Source: Perna viridis
Taxonomy: Eukaryota
Length of the DNA: 64,000 bases
Assembly (NCBI GenBank): GCA_037379345.1
Contig: CM074520.1
Coordinates: 11,449,488-11,513,487 of the forward strand
Direction: 5' to 3'
Part shown: positions 51,001 through 64,000 of the stretch, piece by piece
How the letters are laid out: the number at the start of each line of letters is the position of its first letter
How positions within the stretch are numbered: the stretch's first letter is position 1
Notes under the pieces: model-generated
Database searches by the model: none
Told to the model about the DNA's origin: nothing
What the model saw: the letters and a program-made list of their open reading frames with translations, nothing else
Made by a program: the position numbers and the translations under genes

Positions 51001-53899
51001 AATCCACTGTCCAATAATTCCCCCAGCCCAAGTCCTATGAGTAACACCTAAATGAAAATTGACAGAGTTCCCATTCTTGCTTTTAGACCCAAGTTTTCAG
51101 TTTATTGGATTAATAAACGCTGTAGGAATTTCCAAGATAAATGCTTGTAAAAGAAATGTGAAAACGGCATTATAAGCTTCTTCAAGCTAATTGAATTTAC
51201 ATTATAAATGAGAAAGCTTGACAAGACTGATCTAATACAAGGGACAGATGATCTAACAATATTATGGTTTCCTACTGTAAAAAAATGCATTCATTTTCAG
51301 AAAACAAGATTTCTGTAAATGATGCTGCCTGAAGCCATGGATAAAGATAACAATATCTGATGTTATATCATCACTCAAAATTATAAAATTGACAAATAGA
51401 TTAATTGACTTGGGAAATAGTTTTGGTGAAAACCTCTAGCGTTGAAATTGGCTTCTGTGCAGCTTTCAGTGTTAAAGATTCTATGATTCTCAAACACATC
51501 AAAGAAAATGTGCTAATGTCTCAACACAGATTTCAAGGCAATTCAAAGAAGCATTTTCTTGCAGAAGTTCTTAGGACCTAAGGATTTGCTATAAAGGTTT
51601 TGTAAATACCATCTAATAACTTAAAATAAGTAAATTAACAATATTCTACACGACTAGCTATTTACAATCTCAAACTTTAAATTGCAATATAAGACCTTGC
51701 AACAATTATACATTTGAGGTGGGAAATAAATCAATCCTAAGAGAATGTGGAATTAATCCATATGTTTCAGGTCAAAGAAGACTACCAGTCATTAAAAACA
51801 CATCAAATTTCAATCTTGAGATAATCAAACTTCTGTAAAATTCCTTTAATTAGCTATCAAACCATACCATTGATCTCTACCATGGCTGGTGTATCAATCA
51901 TAACATTAACATTTCTATGTTTATTCAGTAACTGATGGATTAAAAACATTTGGCTGTCATTTTAATATATAAAGATAAACCACAGGTGATGGAGTTTTTT
52001 TCTGAAGTTTCTCTGGAATCTAATTAGATTGTAATTTGTTGGTATATCAAATAGTTAATTATAGTATGATTGATATAGCATAGTCTTGGTTTTTCTTATT
52101 CAATTAGAACTTTTTATGATCCAAATCCATAAAAAATCTTTCATCTAAGACTTCATCCCCCCTTTTTATTACTGGAAACTAGTAGATGTATTATAGCAAC
52201 TCTTTATAGCTGTTCAATGTAATTATATTTTGACACATACAACCATTGTAACTTTTTTATATAATTCTCTGGGGAAAGGCATTCATTTCTTTCTTCTCAC
52301 TAAACCCTATGCAAGATGTATCAATGAACATTTTTTTAATTAAAACAGTAAAAGTTATCAAAGATTTTTAAAAATATAATCAATGAAGATTAAAACATTA
52401 AGTTACTTTTTAAATCTGAAATTTATGCATATTTTACTTGCAACACTCCCTCTCCACAAATATTGCAAAAAGTATGATAAAATAATTAATAAAAGAGTTG
52501 AAAAGTTTTTATACTTACCAATAGAAAGATAAAATCCAGAATTCAATAACTGTCAACAAGTCAATAAAACAAACATCAATTAAAATAAATCCATCACAAT
52601 TCACTTTCACCACGCTGAGGATATAAACTTTATCTTTTACTATGATTTTCTTTTACTATTTGTCACAGATGAACAACCCTCTACCTTGGTCATGTGATCT
52701 CATGATTATTCATGTATTCTTTATCAATTCTATTTGATATATCAGAGAATGTTTTGTTAGGTTAAATTTAGTATTATATCAAGATATCATGATAATAATC
52801 TTTAATAATTTAATTGTGAAGGTTATAAGATAACTCACCTTTCTAATATAAGCAGTGAGAAAAATAAATCTGTTATAGTTAAATTATCTAATACAGAAAT
52901 TTTTTTTTTTCATATGATCAGAGATTTACTCTTAATATAAACAGAATGATGTTAATATAACATATATCAAAATTCATTTTATTTTTTATTGCATAAAAAA
53001 ATGCTTCAAATGTACTGAACATTTTTGTGCATTTTTTTTTCAGATTATAAAAGAAAAGTACAAGCAGTGTTTAATTTTTTAATACATTCTGTAGTATGCT
53101 TTCTATAATACTGAACCCCTTTGTACCCGATTCTTATATTCATTGCCATAAATTGTTATTTATCAAAAGAAATTATGTAAACTAATTTTATCAATTAATT
53201 TGACAACTTCAAAAGTTAAGAACTAAGAAGCATCATAACCCAGAGAAAATTTATTACCCTTCTGTATAAACAGTTATATGTTTATGCTTATAGCAAAACA
53301 AGCTGAGTTTGTTTTCTTTATCGTATATACACACAGAAAAATATTCATGGCTATTTCCTCTGATCTTGTACTCTATGAATGAAAAAACTAGTCTGGCACC
53401 AGGCATATCATGGTTTCAGAATAACACCCTTGTTAATTCATATAACTTCAGACTTGTCAAAACAATTTCACCAATTTTCATGCAATAAATAGGGTTTTTG
53501 TACTCAAAAATGTATTTATGATATAAATATTTATCAGCCAAGAGCTGTTGATACTTCACAGAAAATAAACAGCTACTTAGAATCATGCACAGTAATAGGG
53601 CAGGTTACATACTTCAGGGAACATCATTTACTCAGGGAAATGGGGTGTAGCCAATTATTACTGATGTATGTGACAAATGTATCTGTCTTTTTTCTTAAAC
53701 TTTCTCATAAAAGTTTTAAAGGACAGAATTTAGCTCTGTGTTTTCCTACAAGGCTCTAAGAATGCAAGTTTGACAGAAGTTAGCACTTCATCACAAAATG
53801 ATTCATAACTGGTTATTATATTTTTTTTCCTATCAATATTTTTATTCCAAGTCAGTTTTCCACCAATTTGAAAAAAAAACAATAAACCATCCTCAAACA

Positions 53900-54077
53900 G
53901 AAATCAAGGGAGCCAAGATTCTAGCAGAAATCAAAAGAATGTAATCCAGGGACAAAGACCAGACATGAAAACAGACACATACAGCAAAAAACATAAATAA
54001 AAAACAATATTAATACATACGATGTAACAAAAGTAAATGAGCAACTCAGACTCCACTAAACACTGAGAGCATGGACT
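53900..54077 (-). mobile_element. PLE-family 3' tail fragment
   Basis: Reverse complement matches 7920-8075 (CATGCTCTCAGTGTTTAGTGGAGTC...GTCTTTGTCCCTGGATTACATT). Confidence 0.75.
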
Positions 54078-54347
54078 TCAAATAATCTTCAAAAGTTTTA
54101 ACATTGTGAATGAATCAGAAGAGATTCCTAAACAAAACATCAAAACATTTCACAAATCATTTAAACTAAATTGAGTGCAATACTTTCCATGTCCCAGAAA
54201 GTACCAAGTCTTTATCAATAGTAATTAGACAGCTCACAACAGTATAGAGTTACTACAGACACTTTATAAAGATATCCGATATTACAGATAGACTCGTCCT
54301 CTGACTGAACATTGTTTCAATTGATCTGCCAAAAAGTAGTCAACTAA

Positions 54348-54590
54348 CAGTGGTGGATCTAGAGATTTACAAAGAGGGGGGTTTACCCAGGGTTAAAAAC
54401 TGCTCCTCATTGATGCGAAAAAATAAGCATTCACTCATGTTTATAATTGATGGCTAATTGCCTGATTGTTAATTAGCTAAATTGTTTTCCGAGTATGTTT
54501 CGATGTTAAAACATAAAAATGGAACATTGTAAAAATTTCAAATTTATACCGGAACCGCAGGCCTAGACCAACCCTTTTGATCTGCCTATG
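54348..54590. mobile_element. Decayed MITE with CAGTGG(C/T)GGATC-type termini
   Basis: CAGTGGTGGATCT at 54348 and GATCTGCCTATG at 54579-54590. A similar head TAGTGGTGGATC lies near 59405. Confidence 0.5.
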
Positions 54591-55722
54591 TGCCGGGATT
54601 TCTAGATGAATAGAGATCTACAATTAGTCTTTTACTTTGATGATCATTTAAATTGGACTTTAGGATCATAATTAAGTGTCAGGCTAATGGGAAAAATCAG
54701 AAACAAGCATGTAAAAAAGCACTGATCTAACAATATAATTTCACTTAAGGATGCTTCCTCTATTTCATAGACCACTATTTGATCTCTGCATTTGCTCAAA
54801 AAATTTTCAATAGAAAGTTAGAAAAATGAGGCTTTTGACAGAGTTATCTGAAATGTTCATTTGCATTGCATTTGAATAAAAGTATAACTCGGTTAACCAA
54901 AATTATATGGAAAATCTGGTCTTTTTTCTTTGATTCTTATGGGGCAAATAGTCAAATTTAACTCAAAAGGCTGTTTTTTTATAACATGTTTCACCCACTG
55001 CCAGATTCTAACAGAGAATTACAATTAACATTTTCAAGGTTTTAAGCCTAATTTCATGTCAGTTAGTCCTGAACTTTATAAATCTAAAGAAAAAGGTTTG
55101 AAAGTCTATTCAGAATCCATAACGTGGTAATTGAGGAAAACAGTCATTGATGAGAGTGCAGATAATTATTTCTAGCTGCAGAAATCAACCATGAAACCCC
55201 CCTCCCCTTAACAAGTGAATCTGACCAGAAAAAACATATAGATAGCAGTATAAAAAGAACCAGCAATTTGTTCATTTTGTGGCTCGTTTAAAAGTGTACA
55301 TCTATTATAGCCAAAACATTATGGCAGATTTTGCAAAGATTCTACTCTGACAACATAAAGTTTTGTTAACTAGCCCAGAGAAAATTATCAATAAAGGAAG
55401 TGAACTATCCAAACCCCATAATTTGTCAATTTTGTGGTTCATCAGCTAACTTCTAACAATTGATATAGGTGCAGATTAAACCAGGTATATAACCAACAAG
55501 TACAGAAATATATAACCAGAAACTTAACTGATCATTAAATCGAGCAATCATAAATTTAAAACTTAAGCAGGCTTGCAGAAAATTGGATTTACCACCAAAT
55601 GCGGCAGTGCTTCCTTCCATGTTGTGGGTTGCATGAGAGGCTTGTATTTCACTGAAGGTAATAAATTTTTAACTTAAAGAGGTTTGTAATAATGTGTAAT
55701 GATAGGATGATGTAAGTTTTAT

Positions 55723-55819
55723 ATTCTGTGGTTTGCAGGTAACAACCAGGTGAGCAGCCCAGGTATAAATCACCTGGTTAAGCAGGCTTGTCCCTTTGTT
55801 GGGTAACAAACCACAGAAT
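55723..55819. repeat. Nested inverted repeats (palindromic DNA-element remnant)
   Basis: ATTCTGTGGTTTG / CAAACCACAGAAT (13 bp) encloses AACCAGGTGA / TCACCTGGTT (10 bp). Confidence 0.6.
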
Positions 55820-56763
55820 CTTATACTACCCTTTAATTACTACCAGTACATGGACATTTTCACTTCAGGAAACGGTAGAATATAGTCAATGGATTACTGG
55901 TACTTCTGATGTATTTTAAACAATTCCTAAAATGAGTGTATTATGCACTCTGCAAAACACAATATACTTCATAATTTTGTACATTCTATAAGATTGAAAC
56001 TGAAAAGTGAAAAGTGAAAAGAGAAATAAATACATCACAAAATAAAAAAGCTAGTCTATAAAGTTATGGTTTAAAAATAGGGCATTGATGGCAGTGATTG
56101 ATGGAACATTAAGTGTTATTTTGCCACATAATGGTGAAAAAAAAGGGAGTGGCAAAATATTAAAAATGGCCTAACACAAAAACTACATTTCGATTTTGCT
56201 GAAAATTGAACATATTTATTTTGTGATTTTATAATATTGGCAAAGTTTCAAAAACACTTATTGATCTGTTCTCAATTTATCATCTGAGAACTGTTGGGGA
56301 CAGACAGACGGATGAAATGACAGTATATCACATAATACCTCACCAATTCATGTGGCAGCTATGGTATACAAGTTATATAATCTATTTCTAAACATTCTAG
56401 AATGAAACAATTTGATATGTACTAACTGCAAATGCATCTATGTAAGGAATTTATGCAAATGTCATCAAATCTGCCAATTCATGAATTGTATAAATTATCA
56501 AGATAGAGAGATAAACCAAGAGGTGGACAGGTGGGGCATGTCTATCAATTAATTAACATTAATTAACCTGTGTACCTGTCCATAGATGAATCAGACTGTC
56601 TGTGGGATATTTACATAAGGAGATAGATCCTCTAATATTAAAGTTTTAATAGGTAGTTAGTAGATCATTATTTCAAACTAACCTTATCTGGAAAAGTTTT
56701 ATGAGAAATTACTTAAACTTCAAACAAGTTACACTTAATATATGTCTGTAAACATTATAAAGT

Positions 56764-56979
56764 CAGGGCATTTAAGTCACAGCCTTTTTTCCTTCAGAAA
56801 AAAAGGATTTAATACAAAACCAATATACATGTACGATACTTTATTCACTGATGACTTAAAATACAATGTAAATTGCCCCTTTAATACAATAGGAGGTTTT
56901 AGCAACCATAATTTATACAGGGCAATTGCCCTGTACTAATTTAATACAGGGCACATGCCCTGTATTAATTCTGGCCCTG
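56764..56979. mobile_element. hAT-like MITE with subterminal palindromes
   Basis: CAGGGC...GCCCTG ends. Flanks TATAAAGT / TATAAAAGT look like an 8-bp TSD with one indel. Palindromes at 56916-56935 and 56941-56968. Confidence 0.55.
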
Positions 56980-57526
56980 TATAAAAGTTAAACTTGTCTG
57001 CCATTTTGTTTGAAACAGACTAACAATGAACGTTAATTGTAATATGTTAATTGTTATTGTTCAGATTTATTTGTTCGAAAAAAATCTGATTTACCATGTA
57101 GATTTGTCCTTCGTTTTTTTTTTTTCAGTCAATTCCTTGACAATTTAAAAAAAAAATGTCTTTTTTTCATACATTTAATTGATCTACATGTATGTTTCAT
57201 AAAGGGATCACTTTATGGCTAAGTTCTATATGTGAAAAAAAAACACATTAACACACAAAAAATCAAAACTGTATAATGATCTACACATTTATAAAATTCG
57301 TGGGAAAAGCTAAAGAATGCATTAAAAACCTAATTTGAGAAGGTATCAGCAAACTTGGTATATTAATATAGATCTATATAGAAAAGAACAGTTGGGGTGA
57401 ATAAATGCATCAAGAGATCTGGAGTGTTACAGTCTTCACTAGGAAATATGTCATACTGAGCTGTATTTAAAGGTTTGTACAAATAACTCCTGTTATTTTA
57501 AGTCATCAGTTAATAAAGGGATCATA

Positions 57527-57627
57527 AAATGGTTATTTTCATATTAATCCTGTATTATGTCCAAGTACAGTCGTATTGGGTTTCGACCACTTGTATTGGC
57601 CCGAGGCAAATATGAAAATAACCATTT
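57527..57627. repeat. 19-bp perfect inverted repeat (Crypton-like remnant)
   Basis: AAATGGTTATTTTCATATT (57527-57545) / AATATGAAAATAACCATTT (57609-57627), with a CpG-containing spacer. Confidence 0.65.
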
Positions 57628-57701
57628 AATAACCCTATATTATAATTATTACTGAAAGAGGATGAATATTTGATACTTCCTTTGTCTTACATGGTGATGC
57701 A

Positions 57702-57830
57702 TTGGGCTGATATGTTATATAAGACTTTTGTTGTCTCACTTGCATTGGGTTGATATTTTATATAAGACTGCTGTTGTCTCGCATGCATTGTTTTGATATT
57801 TTATATAAGATTTCTGTTGTCTCACATGTA
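57702..57830. repeat. Minisatellite, 3 x 43 bp
   Basis: Unit approximately TTGGGTTGATATTTTATATAAGACTTCTGTTGTCTCACATGCA, at 57702, 57745 and 57788. Confidence 0.85.
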
Positions 57831-60800
57831 TTTTACATAGTTTCTATTATCTTACATGCATTCAGGTTTGATATTTTACAATCTCATAGTAACAGCCAAT
57901 TCATTTTCATATTTTCTATAGAACTGTCTCATAGCTGCCAATCTTCAAAATTAAAAAGAAAAATTACAGGCTATAGCTGCCATATTTGTCAAAACTTCCT
58001 AATATTTCTTCTCATTTCCTCCAATACTATTACAGACCACCCAGGCCCAGATCACTAAAATGACCAATTTGAGAATTGTCTGAATGGACCAAATACCAAT
58101 CAGTTAGAATCACTTCATCTCAATTTGTCCAGCAAATTACAAGGCTAAGTCTTAACAGATGGCAAATAAAACCCCCAATGGACTTATTAAGCTAGCATGT
58201 CCATCTTCTTCTTTACAAAATCCTACAATAATTATCTAATTTCCCTATACAAACAGAGAAGTGTTAAAACTCAGTACTTTCTCTTCTCAATTATATCTTA
58301 GATCTAGATTTGGTCTTTACAAATAGAGATTTGGCCAGAGATTTTTCTGATTTGATCTTTACAAACAGTGTTTTGGAGATATATCTAATTTGTACAGGGT
58401 TATAACTGTTAAAGCAGGGTCATACTAATTATTTCTGATGAGCAATACAATGGTCAAGCTAAAATGTCATTAATCTTTTCAATAAAAGCAGATATATGTG
58501 TCTATAATTATCCAGACAGGAGCACCAACAACCAACCATAACTTTGTAAATACAGTTTTAAAGTGTTAAAATATATATAATAATCCTGATATTACTCCAT
58601 CAACAAAAGCAAAATGATGACATGAACACCTTATGACATGCATTCTTGTTAATTCTCAGTGGCTATAAATGGGTATAAAAGCACCTACTAACATTAAGGA
58701 CCCCATTTTAAATTTTAACTTAAAAAAAAGCAATGCAGCTATTGAAAACCAGTAACAATAACAACTGTTATTTAGAGTTAAATATTTCAGCTTTATCAAA
58801 TAGCAGTCAATAAAGCAAAGTTAATTTTAAATAAACAGTGGCCCTTGGCTAAAGTCACTGTAATCTGTTTCCAAAAAAAATCCATTTACAGATTGAACAC
58901 TACAATATTTACAGAGCTAAATGAATTGCATATTGTTCAACCTGCATTATTAAATGGGAGTTTAACATTCTTTCCCAGCATCAAAAGGAAATGCTCCTCA
59001 ATATTTTGAAGCCTGTGGCTATATGCTTTTAATTTAGTTTCAAATTACCTCCCCTGAATAGATGCAATACTTGAGTTTGGAGCCAGTAAATAAAAAGAAG
59101 ATGCCCCAAGATCACAGAATTAAGTCAATATCACTAGAAAATTTATAAACATTGCATATTTCAAAATAAGATTAGAAATCATGCACATTTTGATTGCAGT
59201 TTGGTCATGTCTAGTATTATATGGTCATCATTCACATGACATGATTTAAATACTAAAAAGAAATGGGAAAATCTTTAAATAATGTTAACAGAATGTGTTC
59301 TTATTTTGGTTTTATGAACCCACAAATAGGACAAGCTATATATCTCTTCGGTCATAGAACAGACAAACAACTCAAAGAACTTATTGGTAAAATCAGAATA
59401 ACATTAGTGGTGGATCAAGAAATTAAAAAAAGGAATGATACACATAGCAGAACAAGATATTCTGAAAAGGGGGGGCGGCCAACTGACCTAAGGTGGGAAT
59501 AAATCAAGTGATTTCTTGTTTTTTTCTATATAATCAATCCACCTATGGTGAATGAATCAACACAATATCCACACCATGACTACAGATAGGATGATAGAAA
59601 TATCAATATTTGATGCAGGAATAAATCTGTATAATGCCTCTAAAATCAAAAAGTCACTCTTGAGGGCCAAGGTCACAGTGACATTATTGTTAAAAATGTT
59701 CAGAAAAAAATGACATATACAACCTGCACCTACAACCAGTTTAATATTAGCAGAGAGCTAGAGTGTTACATCAATCCCTGAGGTAGGCATACCATGGATA
59801 CAAATCATATCTATATCTGTCTTCAGTCAATTAAACATGTATAATAACAGGAAAATAAATCTAATTCAGACAGCCTACTCTGCCAGCAAATCTCACCTCA
59901 AGTCACTTCTCAGTATCTTACTCTGCAATAACATTTACTTTGTAGATAAAATCAGTAGATAGCATGTTATAAGACACTCAGAAGATATGATATACATCCT
60001 GCAATCACAGGGGGTGAAAACTAATTTCCATGAACTTGAATTCACCTTAGATACATTTGGTGTTATTCTCAATGAAGTCACTCTATACATAAATATCCAG
60101 TTCTATTTCACTGATTTTGATATGAAAGGACAATGGAAGCTAAATATATTATGTAAATGCTTAGTCACCAACTTACCCTACCAGTGCACCTAGTCTTTGC
60201 ATCAAGATTATAGTGTACAAAATGTATCTTTTTTTCATTCTAGCCTGAAATATTGCCATTACCTTTTTCATTACTGCATTACACAATCTGTTTCTGTTTC
60301 TTGGTCTCTTAATGTTGTGTGTTGGTTACTTAAGTAGCTGTCTTTGTAAGAATCATGCAAAATCTGAAAAATGTGATACACCTCAAAAAAGGCTACATAT
60401 TTTTATTTTTGTAATCAAGTTGTTTCATGGGTCTATACTATGAAATGTGTAATTATTCATTCAAATCTGCCTGCTCTTAAGAGATAATCCACATTGAAAA
60501 TCCAGTAGATTCTATTGTAATTGAGCACCATTTACAGAGTTATCTCCCTTAATTTTGAAATCTACAGTGCATTCTATACAATTTTTATCTCCTAAGAGCA
60601 CGGGTTATATGAAAAACCACATGCTAATTCCTGTTTACTATGACATTTCAAACAAAATATCAAAAATAAAAATATGTAGGCTTTTTACCCATGAATCACA
60701 TTTTGCATGATCCTTAGCTGGAGTGCTACTTAATTACTATCTATCACAATATTTCTGTTACTTTCTCTTTCAAATACACAGACTGGCATCGGTAATTAAA

Positions 60801-62089
60801 ATATCTCATTTTAAGATTATCAACAACTCCTAATTTTTTCCACAAATCTTTGATTCCAAGCAAACAGATTTATCAAGGTGAAAGCCAGAGGATAGATTTG
60901 AAGAAAATCTCAGTTTGAGGATATTAATGGAACTAGGCTCCATATATCCTATTAACCTTTTGACAGCTCTATGTGGCAGATATCCTTCTTTCAAACTTCC
61001 CAGATAAATATTAAGATTGTAATTGCTTTTACTTGGAATAGTGAATCTTAATAAGGATAAAAAATGACTTCAATAGGTAACAATAATAGCTGTTTGAAGT
61101 TCAAGACCTAAGACACTGAATTAAGAATTCTTTGAACTCTAAAGTGAAGCCATAGTCTAAGAATATAAGGAAAAGAAGTTATTTTTCTATTAATATCAAA
61201 ATTCAAATGAAGTAGAATGTGCAACTTCATACTGACTTTTCATGTCCTGTTGAAGAAATTCCTTTAAGTGAAGATAACAAGGGGTTTTTAATATCATTAA
61301 GCCATTTTAAATTGATTTTTTTGCATAACATGAATCGAAATTTGCAATAATAATTAGTTTTCATTTTCCTTTTCACAACACAATCTATGTAAATTAACTT
61401 TGAAAATGAAGTTTTTCTACCTTTTATGAGAAAATCCATGTCTCATGCTGTATAATAAATTGCTATTTACATAAGGAAAAAAGGGAAGCACGTTTTTTTT
61501 ACTTTTAAGCCTTCCATAGCACAGGAACTGTCTGAAAGCTGTCATTAGACGCTTACACCGAACACCAATTCAGTCTATATACCCAATGTCTCTTTACATC
61601 TTTTGATCCTGTTTTTCCTTTCATTTCCATAAAATTAAGACAATAATCCCCAGCTTAGCAATCAATACAGTATTTAATGTTATAGACATATTCAGACACC
61701 AATGACATTTCTATGTGAGAAAAACCATCACTTGGGAGAAAATGAGAATGTATAGAAAGTCCTATTAGTGATGTTGGCATGGAAATATTAGCCTGCAACA
61801 AGTAACAATAGTCAAGAAACAGAATTAGCAGGTACTAAACTAATTTTATGACATGGACATGGATTAACCTTAAAGAAATCATTGTTGCTTCATATAACAG
61901 TAGATTTTTTAAGTAAAGGTCCCAGAACAGAAAGTTGGTTCATGTGAATGAAGATTTATTACACTATTTTAAATACAGATTATACCACTGCTGTTGTGCT
62001 AACAAGCATTTTCTAGCCACATGTCCCCTACCACCACAAAAAAAAATTGCAAAAGTGCAAAAGTCCCATAAATCCAGTAAAATTTGTGG

Positions 62090-62222
62090 AATCAAAATGG
62101 CTGCACAATACAAATGGTGACTAACAATTTTACAAAATTATCATCCAAAAGTGTGACCATACAGGCAGATGGATGGACACCTGTATTTCTATGTCCCTTT
62201 CTGTATAGCAGCGGGAGACAAA
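62090..62222. mobile_element. HINE/Helentron-like remnant (similar remnants near 40210-40340 and 56150-56365)
   Basis: GA(C/T)G microsatellite-like block followed by a short hairpin TGTCCC...GGGAGACA and an A run. Confidence 0.4.
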
Positions 62223-64000
62223 ACATTTAAGACCCATACATGTACATATCTTGTCTGGACCTGCGTCAGTCTCATATATTTGTCAGCATATAAATATTTT
62301 CAATATGTATATACTCACGGTTCAAAGTTTCAATAATATTAGAACAACATTTGAAGACAACACAAAAGAGGTGATATGACAGACGGACAGATTTGTAACG
62401 GAGTGGAGTGGGCACTCAACACCTGCTTTAATCATTGGAAGATATCTGGGATTAATTTAACCAAAAATTGTAAGTGAACAAATGGTGATTAGTGCTAAAA
62501 GTACTATAGGACCATATGTCATCATACCTAATACAAACATTTGCATACTTTTTAATTTCAGCGGAACTAACTGCAGATATTTCTGAATGATTTTTAGAGA
62601 GATCATTTCAACAAAGGCATTGGTATTTATTATGAATGACTGGTCAATAAAGCAAACATATTTTTGTGTATAAAATGTAAATAAAACAACTGTTTTATTA
62701 TAAAAAAATCTTGACAGCATAAGCTGCTATGCTTTGCTTATTTGCATCAAAAAGATTCACACAAAAAGAAATGTATGTCCCATTTGACAAGATTAGCAAA
62801 ATCTCCAAAATCTCCTGTAGAAATGAAATGGAAGTTTTCCAATTTGTCTTTGAAGTTGATGAAGCTCCTTAATGGAAGCATCCAAATGAAATGAATTGGA
62901 GAACTTCTCCAAGTTAAAAGACAAAACTATATTGTGAACAGTAAATCAATTGCTAACCTCACAGCCAAGAGGATAATTCATGCACAAAATAAGATTAAAT
63001 ATGCAACTCTCTTCTTGCATGTGTGCAGTCTGTTAAGACCAGTGCTTCAAATCTCAATTAGGATTCATTGTCCCTAGCAACTATACATCAAAGTCAAGTC
63101 ATTTCAATGTCATAAATTAGAACTTTTAATAAACGTTTTAATTAAGTTTGTGAATTTCTTCTATTGTGGCTATGGTCACTGATCAGGGTCACGCTAGGTG
63201 ACCTTTTAAATAATGTGGACCAATTTATCCCCCTGTCCACTATATCACAGACCATCAAAAGGATACCTAGTCACAAATCACAACATAATCATGGACCAGA
63301 ATAATAATCTCTAGTGTCAACAAATCCTTCATCTGGTTGGATAGAATTTTTTAGAAAATGTAATTTCAGGACGAACAAGATACTGAACACTTTTACAGCT
63401 GCAATCTAAATTACTGGTACTTAACAATTCAACAAGACAGAATTGTAATACCTGTTGCTTCCCTAACTTTATTTAAGGAGTAAAAGAGATAATTTTTTTA
63501 AGTGTGTGTGTCTGTTTAGAATGCTATTCCTATGTAGTCTGTTATGGAAATAAGTTGTAACAATAAGTTTAGCATACTTGATATGAAATGTAAATTTTTA
63601 ACAAAGGTTAAAGTCAGAGAACAGAATGAAAAATATCAAGACAATCCCTGCTGGTAAGTTTAGTGACAAATTGTCAGTTTAGTGACATATAGCTGACTGA
63701 TTTTGTTAGCATAAAAGATATTTGACAATGTCTGAGGCCTTATTTTTCCTGATAAATCCTGTTTCCTTGAAATGTAGTCAAATACAAGAATGATTTCCTT
63801 CCATAAATTTATGCTGTCCACCTTCAATCATGAATGACAACCTTAAAATCCTATAATCTTTATTTCAATTTCCTTTTAGCTTCAAAATGACAACTTCAAC
63901 CAGATAATAGTCAGTTAAAATGGTGCCTTTTCCTGTTTAATAAAATCCAATAATCTTACGGAATAATTTTGTCTTAATTGAGGAAAGAACAGTAGAGTCA

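Noticed and set aside
57702-57830. CRISPR-like array
   Set aside because: Contiguous 43-bp tandem units with no unique spacers, in a eukaryotic context.
26900-64000. The many 60-119 aa ORFs, and possible extra cadherin variable exons
   Set aside because: Low-complexity translations of AT-rich DNA, often with non-ATG starts. No DxNDN/DRE motifs were found on either strand in the ORF track.

Overview
AT-rich eukaryotic genomic DNA, most likely a bivalve mollusc such as an oyster (inferred from repeat style and protocadherin type). The window has two compartments. (1) About 1-17.6 kb is CpG-normal and repeat-rich. It holds decayed Penelope-like elements (PLEs) of two architectures: endonuclease-first (Naiad-like) and endonuclease-last (Neptune-like, with a minimal hammerhead ribozyme). 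It also holds two tRNA-headed SINE-like elements in (TA)n tracts, palindromic non-autonomous DNA elements, a relic minus-strand ORF, a 5-exon small Cys-rich single-pass receptor gene with a 1-nt frameshift, and a promoter-like CpG-rich patch. (2) About 17.7-64 kb is strongly CpG-depleted. It holds a minus-strand 7-cadherin-repeat protocadherin of about 1168 aa: one large ectodomain/TM exon plus three small cytoplasmic exons reconstructed here. Upstream lie about 37 kb with no recognisable coding sequence, but with candidate non-coding first exons and TF-motif clusters. The most novel-looking signals are a tRNA-headed element whose 3' end and (TA)n target resemble hammerhead-bearing PLE tails (a possible PLE-mobilised SINE), and a PLE insertion capped by reiterated copies of its own hammerhead core. 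All calls were made by eye; no database searches were run.
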